From Rhynchobatus australiae (lineage: Eukaryota), in NCBI GenBank assembly GCA_034780895.1, contig JAUZTB010000076.1, forward strand, positions 118,325,337 to 118,389,336: a stretch of 64,000 nucleotides of DNA, in the 5' to 3' direction. The translations under genes were made by a program, and so were the position numbers. Below the pieces are notes generated by a model. That model made no database searches, was not told where the DNA came from, and worked only from the letters and a program-made list of their open reading frames with translations. Numbering within the stretch: position 1 is the stretch's first letter; each line of letters begins with the position of its first letter. Of the stretch, positions 1-11,700 are shown in pieces.

Positions 1-345
1 CCACCGTCGATGCACAGTAGCAGCAGTTTGTACCATCTACAGGATGCACTGCGAAACTCACCAAGACTCCTTAGACAGCACCTTCCAACCGATGTCCTCT
101 ACCAGATACAGGCATGGGAACACCACCATCTGGAAGTTTCCCTCCAAGCCATGCCCCATCCTGACGTGGAAATACATCACTGTTCCTTCACTGTCGCTGG
201 GTCAAAATCCTGGAACTCCCTCCTCACAGCATTGTGGGGACACCCAGACCTCAAGGACTGTAGCGGTTCAAGAAGACAGCTCACCGCCACCTTCTCGAGG
301 GCAACTGGGGATGGGTTCAGCCAGTGAAGCCCTGACCCTTGATTG
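1..345 (+). mobile_element. 3' end of a CR1/L2-group LINE
   Basis: Decayed ORF end (..CTIYRMH..SPRLLRQHLP) and tail gggtcaaaatcctggaactccc...gggcaactggggatggg; related copies at ~9930-10275, ~13600-13915, ~30150-30570. Confidence 0.6.
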
Positions 346-394
346 AAAGAAAGCAAACCTCATCAGCCTCCCCAGAACCCAGAGAACTGCAGTG

Positions 395-660
395 GTCATG
401 GCATCTGTGGGGGGGAAAGGAACCGTTGGCATTTTGGGTCAAAATCGTGCATCAGGACTGAGTGGAGAAGGAAGATGGCCAGTATAAAGAGGAGAGGGAG
501 AGTGGGGAGACAGGGGCTATCTTCCCTCTCTACTCAGTCCTGATGCAGGGTTTCAACGCGTAACATCAACAATTTCTTTCCTCCCCACAGATGCTGCTCA
601 ACCCACTTGAGTTCCTCCAGCAGGTTGTTGCTCCAGATTCCAGCATCTGCTGTCTCACAT
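395..660. mobile_element. Penelope-derived fold-back element
   Basis: Inverted arms tgcatcaggactgagt / actcagtcctgatgca; tail gatgctgc...gagttcctccagca...ccagattccagcatctgc shared with other copies. Confidence 0.6.
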
Positions 661-1019
661 GTTCCCTGTGATGATACAATTAAAATGAAACAATCCAACC
701 TGAAGAAATGTCCTTAATGTGATTTCCCCAATTGCTTTAGTCTATGTTATTAGATTTTAATCCCTTTAATGTGATTTTATTACTAAAAAAAATGTGCCGG
801 GTGAAATGAATGGAGCCACGCTTAATATCACCTACTGGGCACTCATATCATTGCAGTCAACCTGCCAGCCAAGCTTTTGTTCCATCCCTCCTTCCACATT
901 CTGACTGGGTTGAGTTTTTTTATTCCAAAATAAACTTCATTATAAAAAAAAACAAACTATATACAACAATAAAACAGTGCAAACCTTTACATTCGTGTAC
1001 GGATCAATCATTGGTGTTA

Positions 1020-2700
1020 CCCTTGAGTTGGATTTGGCAATGGGCGGTAGGATGGCTTATGAAAATCATGGGATGGGTGGGAACCTCTTTTGTTAGAGCA
1101 GGTACAGCCGCATCTTGCTCCAGCTGCCTGTTTAAGAGCTGCTCGGCAGTTTCCTTCCAGTGAAGGCTCATTTCTACACCTTTGCCGATTGAGTAGTGTG
1201 CCCCTAGTGGACTGGCCCTCATAATGTCGGGAATGGCGTCTCGGATCAAGAAGTGCAGGGAGCGAGCGGCCGGGATCGGCACCTGGGAGCAACCTGTGAA
1301 ATTCCTGAAGCAGGATTATGAAGCGCTCCGACAGCAGTGCTTGGAGACGGGAAGCCTGTTCTGTGACGAGCTTTTCCCTGCTTGTCCTTCAGCCTTGGGC
1401 TACAATGAACTCGGACCCGACTCGTACAAAACCAGAGACGTGGAGTGGAGACGCCCGAAGGTGTGGACCTTCCTTAAAATAAATACACGGTTGCAATTTA
1501 ATGCCTTAACTTGTTTTAGTTATCTTTTCTGCTGTTTTGCAATGTAACTCTATAGGACGAGTAACTTGTTTTATCTTATTATGCGTAATCGGCGCACCCA
1601 GGCAGTGAGTTCCTAGGCGATGTGCAAATCGTAGGTGTGAGACCTCACCATCGAGCTAAACAGAGATTGCCGTACCTGCAAACGCTTTGATTTGTATTTA
1701 TTTAAAAACGAGATTCGATCCCTTATCAATACCTGAGTAAAAGGTTTTGACGTGTACTATGGGATTTCATATTAAAGTATATTCTGTGAGCTTCACGCGA
1801 ACGAGGAGTTTCACTGCACCCTGGTGTTCATGACAAACTAATCTGAACATCGTGATAAACAACTGAATGTACAGTTGGCAACCTTGCAGGACTGAGTTCA
1901 TGGAAGCTCAACACTGAACGCTAACCAATCTCGTTATCCAACGAGAGCGGAGCCTCTCCCTGCGCTCAGTGCTTTAATGGGGGGGGCGATAACTACTTCG
2001 GGGAAGGGTGAGCTGGGGAGGGGAGCTTGATGCAAGGTACAACCGCATTTTGTCGTGCAGTCAAACGCCAGTTATTTTATAACGCGCACTTCATCGGTAA
2101 ACCCGGAATAGTTAGACTTCCACTTCTTGTGTCTAGTTTTCTGTGCCTGTACACACATCCCACTCCAAGGTCGCTTTGATGTCATTAGATAAATTAGAAG
2201 CTACAGTCATACTAAGGTCTAGTTTAAAAATTCCTGATTCATTGTCAGGAAAGAAGTATCTTCAAAATTTTCAGAGCTGCCATCGGGAGTGTTTTTATTT
2301 CAAAATATAACTTTAATTATGGTCTGAACTTCGCAAGATGTACAGATAGTTTTATCCACCCTGTGCATTAATTGGGTTACAATGGACTTTGCTTGTCCGT
2401 GTGATTGAAAGTGAAATTTGTTATAAGATTTCTTTATCCTATTAATCGAATTGGTTTCACGTTAGAGATTTTAAAAGCGTGATGAGAGATCACTTTATTG
2501 CATCCGTTCTGTTTTTTCCTTGATGTCTAAAGCACGAAGAATCCTAGTGTGACACTCCCAATTTTGCCCCCCCTTGTCACTGCGATAACTTCTTTGCCCC
2601 GCCGGTTATAGCCGGCACACTTCTCGAATGCATTGAGCTCGGACTGTGGCCCAATAGTGCGCAACGTGGTCCTGCCGCACGGAAATGGGCGCTTCGGCCC
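1020..2700 (+). promoter_or_regulatory. CpG-enriched promoter / exon 1 / 5' intron 1 region
   Basis: Visibly higher CpG density than the CpG-depleted rest of the window; GC box GGGCGG at 1042-1047; TSS not determinable. Confidence 0.5.
1224..1460 (+). CDS. capn2: calpain exon 1 (anchor helix, start of PC1)
   Basis: [20 protein letters not shown]...VEWRRPK; A at -3 of ATG; donor AAG|GTGTGG at 1461. Confidence 0.95.
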
Positions 2701-5700
2701 ATCGACTCCACACTGACCATCAAGTCCCCATTTACACTAATAGCACTTTATTCTCCCCCATCGTCCAGTTCTTTCCCCTCCCCCACCCCTGAAACTACCA
2801 CCTTCCCTAAATACTGTGGTTAATTAACCTGGTTGTCTTTGGGATATTTGGGGTGGGGGGAGACCCACGCAGTCATAGGGAGAACGAGTAAACTCCACAC
2901 TGATGGCACCCGAGGTCAGGCTGGAACCCCGGCCGATGGAGCTGTGAGATAGCCGTCCCACTCTTTCTCTTGTGACAGTGGAAATATTGGACAAGGTATC
3001 TATAAAATATTTGTTTAAACTGACAGACTTATAACCTCTGTTTTGGGCAAATACAGTAGGGATATTTTAACGTGCCATTTCTCCTTTGTAAAAAAAAGTG
3101 CTGAGTACCTTTTTAAACGAAGGCTGGTGACAGGCATACCCAAACAGGTGTGAATTGCCCGGGTGGTGCCTGATGTCTCCTTAACACTTAATGAGCTACT
3201 TGCACAAATCGGGCCATTGCTCATGGCAACGCCATGCCTGTTTTCTGTGCTTTTTTTTTGGGGCGGGTGGGGTTTAAATTAGAAGCTACAGTCATACTAA
3301 GGTCTAGTTTAAAAATTCCTGATTCATTGTCAGGAAAGAAGTATCTTCAAANNNNNNNNNNNNNNNNNNNNNNNNNNNNNNNNNNNNNNNNNNNNNNNNN
3401 NNNNNNNNNNNNNNNNNNNNNNNNNNNNNNNNNNNNNNNNNNNNNNNNNNNATTTTCAGAGCTGCCATCGGGAGTGTTTTTATTTCAAAATATAACTTTA
3501 AGTATGGTCTGAACTTTGCAAGATGTACAGATAGTATTATCCACCCTGTGCATTAATTGGGTTACAATGGACTTTGCTTGTTCGTGTGATTGAAAGTGAA
3601 ATTTGTTATAAGATTTCTTTATCCTATTTTACTGGTGTACTGGGCAAATGATAAGATTTTTTTAAAAAAGCAGGTGTGGTGGTAATGGCCACTTTGTTAA
3701 TGAGCTTGCTGAGGTGTGTATTTTTCTGAGAATTGTTATTGGTATTCAAGATCGCATTGATGAGCTTGATTCTATTGAACCTGCCCCATCCAGAATTATT
3801 ATTTTTTTTGTTTTGCGGATGAGATGAAGGTTGATCAGGCTGACCCGTCACACTCGGACATCTGGCGAGGTCTCCTGTGGTTCTGGCCTGAGGATTGGTT
3901 CCTGAAACATCCTGATGGATTTTGATTGAAGGCAAAGCTGGAGGAGTGGCCCTAGTCTCCTGATAAAGTCACTGAGGCTTTATTACAACCTTCTAGACAT
4001 TGCTAATGTTCTGAGACACCTTTTTTTTAAAAGAAAAAGTATTGTGATATAATTAACAAATTTAAAAAAACATCAAAACCAAACAAAAACATTTAAAAGA
4101 AAACGAAATGGTCTTGCCTATTCATTAGGCTGAGAATCCTATTGAAATAAATGAAACTTTGGTCTGATTTATGGTCCAGGATTAGAGAAGTAGATACCCC
4201 AGCCGGAGAATCTGTGATGCTGGGCTCTGTCTTCAGACTCCATGGGGAATCCCAATGATGGTATAGAGTGATAGGTGCAACAGTATTCTGTTCAGAACGG
4301 AGAAGGTCTCTGTCCCAGATGTGTATGTGCGAATGGATGGAAGGCCAGGGCACAGCCAGTACAGTTTGACCCAGTGTTGGATCAGAGAATAATATGCCTC
4401 ATGTTTGAAGTCAATTTTGTGTTTAAAAGCAAAGTTGGGATCTGTTTCACTTGGTGTTTCTTAAGTGATATAATAACCCAGAATTCAAATTTGATGGCTA
4501 AAAGATTCCCATTAAAAACAAAATCGGGCTGTCACAGTAGCATTCTTAATGGGTACTAACCTACTTCAAAAATAACTTGTTAATTGCAGAATTGGCAGCA
4601 TAGTTACACAGGATCACTAATGTTGAAAGTGGGTTGTTTTCTGTTGTTAATGTAGACAATGTTCATGTATGCTAAAGTGTTGGCATTTTGTACACTAGNN
4701 NNNNNNNNNNNNNNNNNNNNNNNNNNNNNNNNNNNNNNNNNNNNNNNNNNNNNNNNNNNNNNNNNNNNNNNNNNNNNNNNNNNNNNNNNNNNNNNNNNTG
4801 CTAAAGTGTTGGCATTTTGTACACTAGATGGTAATGCTCAGTAGACTTGATATACTGAAATTATTGGGGGAAAAAATTCTAATGGATAAAATTTGTTTAC
4901 CTTCACAAAGGTAAGGACCAAGCATAGATAGTCAGTATAGCTTTGTGCAGGGGATATCCTGATTCATTAATCTTGAGGTTTTTTTTAAGGAAGTAGCTAA
5001 GAAGATTGATTGAAGGCAAGTTGGTAGATGTTGTCTCTGTGGACTTGAGTGAGGTCCCGCATGGTAGGCTTGTCCAGAAGTTAAACCACATGGGATCCAA
5101 ATTAAGCTGGCTAACTGGATCCAAAATTGGCTTGGTGGAAGGATGCTTTTGATAGAATTCAGTGACCAGTGGTGTACTTCAGTGAGTTTGTGCTGGATCC
5201 CTTGTTTCATATATTGATGATGTGGATGTAAGAGCTGTGATTAATAAGTTTGCAAATGACATGGATTTTAAGCCTATAGCAGGCTGTGGATCAGTTAGAA
5301 AGTTGGGCAGAAAATNNNNNNNNNNNNNNNNNNNNNNNNNNNNNNNNNNNNNNNNNNNNNNNNNNNNNNNNNNNNNNNNNNNNNNNNNNNNNNNNNNNNN
5401 NNNNNNNNNNNNNNNATGTAAGAGCTGTGATTAATAAGTTTGCAAATGACGTGGATTTTAAGCCTATAGCAGGCTGTGGATCAGTTAGAAAGTTGGGCAG
5501 AAAATGGGAAGATGAAATTTAATCCTGACAAATGTGAAGTGATGCATTTTGGGAAGTCGTATAGGAGTAGGACATTTAAGTGGTAGGGTGCTAAGAAATG
5601 CTGAAACTTTGAGGTCCCTCTGTTCACTGTCATAGTTCTTTGAAAGTGGCAGCATTGGTACATATGCATGTGGCATGCTTGCCTTTGTAGATTGGGACAT

Positions 5701-8700
5701 AGAATATAAAAGCTTGGAATGTTATGTTGTAACATTACAAAACACTGGTTATATTGCTGTTCTGGTTGCAACATTATAGGAAAGATGAATTAGCCAGAGT
5801 GCAGAGAGGATTTGCCTGGGTTGGAGGACTTTAGTTATGAGGAGAGATTGGCTTGTTTCCCCTGTTGTGAAGGAGGCTGTGGGATGGCTTGACGAGAGCC
5901 ATGGATGGTTAAAATCTTTTTCCCACAGTAGACATATCAAAACAAAAGGGCATAGGTTTAAAGTGAAGAAGTTTTAGATGGGATTTGAGGACAGAGCTTT
6001 CTACGCACTGGTCAATATCTGGAACATCAGAGGAGGTGATGGAATCAGATACAATCACTTATGTAGAAGAGACATTTAGATAGCAAGGGATGCAAGGATA
6101 TGAATCTGATGTGGGCAAACGGGATTGGTGTAAATGGGCAAAAGGTCAGCATTAATGTGGTGGGCTGAAGGGCCTGTTTCTGTGCTGTATAACTGATAAT
6201 ATAATAACCTACTATTTTGTGCTTTCAATTTGCTTTGCTCCAAAAAATTTGCTTTTCTCCACTTATCTACATCTTTTGTTATTTTTAGGATCTGTGTGCA
6301 AACCCTGAATTCATTATTGGAGGAGCATCACGCACGGATATCTGCCAGGGGGCACTAGGTAAGATACTTCTGCAAATGGTTGTTTGGAATGCACATTTGC
6401 ATATTACTGTATCAAATGTAAAGCTTGAAACTAGTCTGTTTGGTTCACCTTGTGTGTCATTGCTGCACACCCTACTTCATCTAACCTTAATGACATAAGT
6501 GTCTATTCCTTATTTTTATCATGCTTAGCATTTAATTATATTTAGGCTACTTAGTTGCCATGTGGTAGCCTGTCATAGTACATGGTGCTGATCAAAGCCA
6601 TTCATAACCATTCTGTGATTGTGACAAAAGCAATCTATCCCTCCTTGTCCAGCCTGCAGCTGTTGGAATGATTGAATGCAGCATCCTCCCCGTTACCTCT
6701 GTGCCATGAAGATGGGTGGAACTGGTCTTGCCTGTTCCATTCTTGTTTATTTATTCATAGCCAGTGAATCACCAACAATGACTCACTTCTCCCTGTACCA
6801 TTGAGCAAGCAGCGTTAATGGAGGCAAAGGACAGGTTAAATATCGGGTTGTGACCCTGCATCATGTCTCAACCCAAAATTCAGCCTTCCCTTTGCCTCCA
6901 CTGATGCTGCTTGATCTGAGTTCTTCCAGCAGTTTTTTTGTTCCAGATACCAGCACCTGTAGTCTCTTGTCTCCACTCTGCTTGTACTGTTGCTTCTGTT
7001 GCCCCCAAGCATAATTCCTTGCCCCTCTCCTATTTATCATCCTCGTGTTTTACTCGGTGACAAGAATTGAAAACTGTCCATTCTCTAATATTGGGATGAC
7101 TGGAGTCTTTGCCTTTTGGTTCCTTTTTACCTGTTGCCTTTAGACTTGGTAATTCCAGTAGACTCTTGAGTAGCCTCCATTGTCTTATTCTCCAGAAATC
7201 ATGGAATTATCCAAAGCTCTGCTAACCATCTTCCAACCTGCATCATTCTGTTCAAACATTACTTCTGCTCTTATCTGCTCCAGGTAAGCTTGAGTAGGTG
7301 TGCAATTCCACAATGGCAAATTCCACATTCTCACTACTCCCAAGTAAAGCTGTGTCCCTAGAGTTCCCCATAAAGTCTTGGTGTCATAGTTCNNNNNNNN
7401 NNGTTCCCCTGAAAGAGTTTAGGTGGGAATATGTGATTTCATATTTGACTGGGTTTGAGATAGTATTATATCCTTGAGCTTGCTGTTATTTCAAATGAAT
7501 ACAGAGAGTATTAAATACTGATTGTGGAGAAAAGAATAAGATATTTTTCTTTGGGTTTCTGCTTCAAATTTAGCCTTTTTTAAAACCAGACTGAAGATGA
7601 CAACATGGCAGTCAGCTTTCTGAAGTAGAGCAATTTCATTTTAATTAAAAATGTTGTAGATCCCACATAATGCTACTATTTCTGGGTAGTAAAGTAAATA
7701 TGAAAACTCAAGCTTTTACCATCTAATGGTTTTGCATGCACTTGACTAAAATTTATTATCTGAAATGAAATTAAATCATTAAAATACTGGCTTTATCTGA
7801 AATGAAATTATTTAATTTCATTTAAAGCCAGTATTTTAATGATTTAATTTCATTAAAATACTGGCTTTATCTGAAATGAAATTAAATCATTAAAATACTG
7901 GCTTTCTCCCTAATAAAATATGAAATTGCAACACTAGTAAATAGGATGCAAGGTTGCCACAAACATGACTTTTTTGTGTTAACTATCCCCAACAAACAAG
8001 ACAGTCCTTTCTCCTGTTTTCTTTTGTAGAGTAGGCTTATTTTCGGTTGGTTTTCATCATCCATGCTATAAGTTTTGATTTGGGCAAAAAATGGATATTG
8101 TGCAGGAATGATGGACAAATATAAGTTAGTCACAACTGTACTTTTATACTAATTATATGTGATTTAAATCAGACCCAGTGGTTTGTCATCTTGATGCACT
8201 TGAAATGAGGGGTAAAATGGGTATGGAGGAACTGCATTTGTAATATGTGGACAATTGCTATAGGGGTTGTTCTCCTCTTTCTAAGTTTAGCAACTAATTT
8301 GCAAATAAAATGTCAAATTTGAATCATTGGTACAGCTGTGAGGCATCTTATTCATATAACTACAAATTGAAGAGTGAATTCTAAACATTTGCACAGATAG
8401 AAATGTCAGCTCTTGTGAAACTTGGAAAATGTTGCTTGGTTCTCACCAAAATGGATTGCCTAGAACATGCTGATCGCTAAATTGTGGTTTGCATTTGCCA
8501 CTGCACATAAAGAAACAGAAAACAAAGATATTTCGTTTGCCACTCGTTCTTTGTAAAGTTGGCAATTGTGCTTGTTTTCCTCCCCAAAAGCCAATGATTT
8601 TTGTGTGTTTCAAGAGTTAACTTGAATTATACAGTTGGGTGAACGGTTTTCTGAAGACCTGCAGTGATACATCCACTGTCTATGCCTGCCCAATGCCATT

Positions 8701-11700
8701 TATTTCCTATCAGTGTGCTCTTCACTTCTGTTGACTCAATCACTAGGGGTGGGGGAATAAATGTTAGGATAGATGTACTTTAATTTGTGGAATTCATGGT
8801 TTAAAAAGTGTTGTTCCTTTTTTCGAAACACCAATATTTATTATTTCCTTTAGCCTTCCATGCGGTTGTTGAAAGAAATAGTGGTCTGGATATTCCTCTG
8901 TGGTACTTGTTTTTGAGGTGGTAATAAAATGGTTGGTAATTCCTGTCATTTCAAAACTGCCCATCTAATGTTGTATCAAACATAGTACCACCGGTCTCCT
9001 TTTCATTTGGCCCACCCCATCATATTAAATTGGTACTTTCCCAGTCCAGTATTATTTCACAAATATTTCATTTAAAAATGTCAAATATTGACAAAAACAC
9101 TAATGTAAACCTGCAATGAATGCCTCATTGAGATTGCCATTTTATCCTCTTTAACTGAAAGTCTCCAATTCCTTTAACAAATTGGTACAAAAGCATTGCA
9201 AAGCTCCACACTTACTCCTAAAGCATAATCTTGTGGAGTGGCAGGTTTAGATGCTAATTATTTCATTATAACCTCTATTGCTTTTGTATACCTAAAGTTA
9301 TTCCATTCATTTAAAAAAAAATTAACATGGGAGTTGCATGTTTCCAGAAACCAGATTTTCTAGTGAGTAATCCAAACCTGGGCGGGTAAACATTGAATCT
9401 CCTGCAACCTTTATAAAATTTTTGTTGACCTATCTCTTTATGCTAAGGCTGCAAATTACCCTTGCACTTTTAACTTGTAGGGTGGAAGAAATGCTGTCTA
9501 CAATATGCTTTATTAGTAACTGTGAAACTAGGTGAGAGTCAATGTCTATTGTTGCTAGAAAAACTAAGAGAACAGAAAATGTTAGAACTCCCACAGTCAA
9601 GATCAAGATAAATTAATATTTTGGCTGTGGATTTTTTGGCAAAGCTGGAGGTGTCACAATGTTGTTCGAGAGCAAACTCTCAGAGAACCCAAATGCAGCA
9701 CACCGATACAAGACTGGAGTCAGGATACTTCCTCAGGACAAACGNNNNNNNNNNNNNNNNNNNNNNNNNNNNNNNNNNNNNNNNNNNNNNNNNNNNNNNN
9801 NNNNNNNNNNNNNNNNNNNNNNNNNNNNNNNNNNNNNNNNNNNNCACTGCAAATCCAATAGTATTCAACAAACTTAGCATCTTCTTAGGCAATGCACCCT
9901 ATTGTTTGGTATCTCATCCATCATCCTAAACGTTCATTCCTTCCACCTTCACTCTAGTGTATAACATCAGCAAAATGTACTGCAGTTATTCACACAACAG
10001 TAACTCCTAAACCCCTATCTCCAGCATCAAGAAGTACAAGTGCTGCAGGCACATGGGAAAATCAGTAGGCTTTCCACAAAGTCACACAACATTTTGATTT
10101 CCAAATATATTGCTGGTCCTCCATCTTCACTGGGTCTAAATCCTGCAAATCCCTATCCAACAGCATCATGAGAGTACCTTCAGCAGAGGGATTGCAGTGC
10201 AAAAGACTTCAAGGATATTTAGGGATCAACAATGAATGTTGCCATTGGTGGCAGTGTCTGGATCCCAAAACATTAATAAATTAAGAAAAAATTAAATATG
10301 ATTCCTTGAATCTATGCTTTATTATGTGCTTAAATTAACATTACATTTTTTTTTCCAAATACATTTTCAGATTTAAATTATTCTCCTGTTGTGACAATGT
10401 TTGGGCTTGTACTTCATGAACCTCTAAAAACTGCAATGGTTTTTTTTTGGAAACATTCAAGATTCTTTCCTTATTATATTTCTGCTCCAGTTTCTTATAC
10501 CTGTGTCACAATGTTGATCGAGAGCAAACTCACAGAGAACCCAAATGCGGCACACCAATACAAGACTGAAATCAGGATACTTCCTCAGGACAAACACAGG
10601 CAGTAACTGGAAGAAATCTTGCCTCAGAGATCGGAAGAGGAATCCCAACATGAACTGGATCTTCACAAAGGAATAGCGAACACAGGACTGCTCTAGAGTA
10701 AACCACTCTAAGCAACTAAGAGCCAAAGTATACGCAAAGGTAGACCAATACTCTGGCAACTAGTGCTAGAGAAACCCAGGAACTTATGCTAGGCCCCTGA
10801 TGGGGCTCAGGTGAGTGTCATTACACAATCAGTCCAGCAAGGAATCCATGTGCTGGACAAAAAGGCATTGAAGGAGCCAAATTGAGGGCCAGAACTCAGA
10901 ACTATGACAGGAGGAGTTGTACAGAGCTTTGATAGAAGTAGTGGCTTTATGCATAGTTACACCTCCTCAAAGATTTCCTTTGAAGTTGCAAGAAGAGATA
11001 AAGGAAGCACTTGCTGGAGGCACTTGCCGAGTTTGTTGACCATTAATCAGCCACTTGTGTTAATTCCACTTTTTATTTTCCTCATAAACTACCACGTGCC
11101 TACAAACCAGTGGCATCTTATGCTGGCCAATTTTCATAATCTATTGTCGAGTGTTCTGTGGAACATGTACTCGATGTCACCCACCTTCTCCATAGCTATC
11201 TATTCAACTTCTTTTGTGCGGATTTTCAATATCTGCATTTTAAGGAAAAGGTGAGTTGATACATGGTGGTTAAATGATGTGTGTATTTAGGAAGGTGAAA
11301 TATGACAAAGGGAACTTGGAAGATAAATATTTGCAAGGCTTTGAGGTCTTGGTAAAGAATGGACTTGATCTCCAACATTCTGAATTAAATGAACTGCTGT
11401 TTCCTCCAGCTGAACTCTAGGAACACCTAGCAATACTGCAGTCTAATCAAGGACTCCTGTATCACTTTTGGCTGCAGTTTTAGGTGAATTGCAATGTTGA
11501 CATCCAATTAAACTGATGAACTGTACTTTGGCTACCACATAGTTTTGAAGATAAAGACTGCTTCCAATTTGTGCATATTACCTGTTCAAGCCCCTCTAGT
11601 GTTGAAATCTATATCAATCATAAACCACCCATTTGTAATAATGCTACTTTAACCATATATATATTCTCACCACTCTTATCAATTTCCCCCACCACAGATT

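Noticed and set aside
810-1292. ORFs upstream of and antisense to exon 1
   Set aside because: No recognisable protein; chance ORFs in the GC-rich promoter and exon region
4669-4828. 30-bp direct repeat on both sides of a 100-N gap (similar cases at 5227-5505, 43775-43936, 46525-46595)
   Set aside because: Near-identical sequence on either side of scaffold gaps is the signature of unmerged contig overlaps, not biological repeats
7756-7905. 37-bp repeats resembling a CRISPR array
   Set aside because: No unique spacers, eukaryotic intron, no cas genes; explained as a local duplication/inversion
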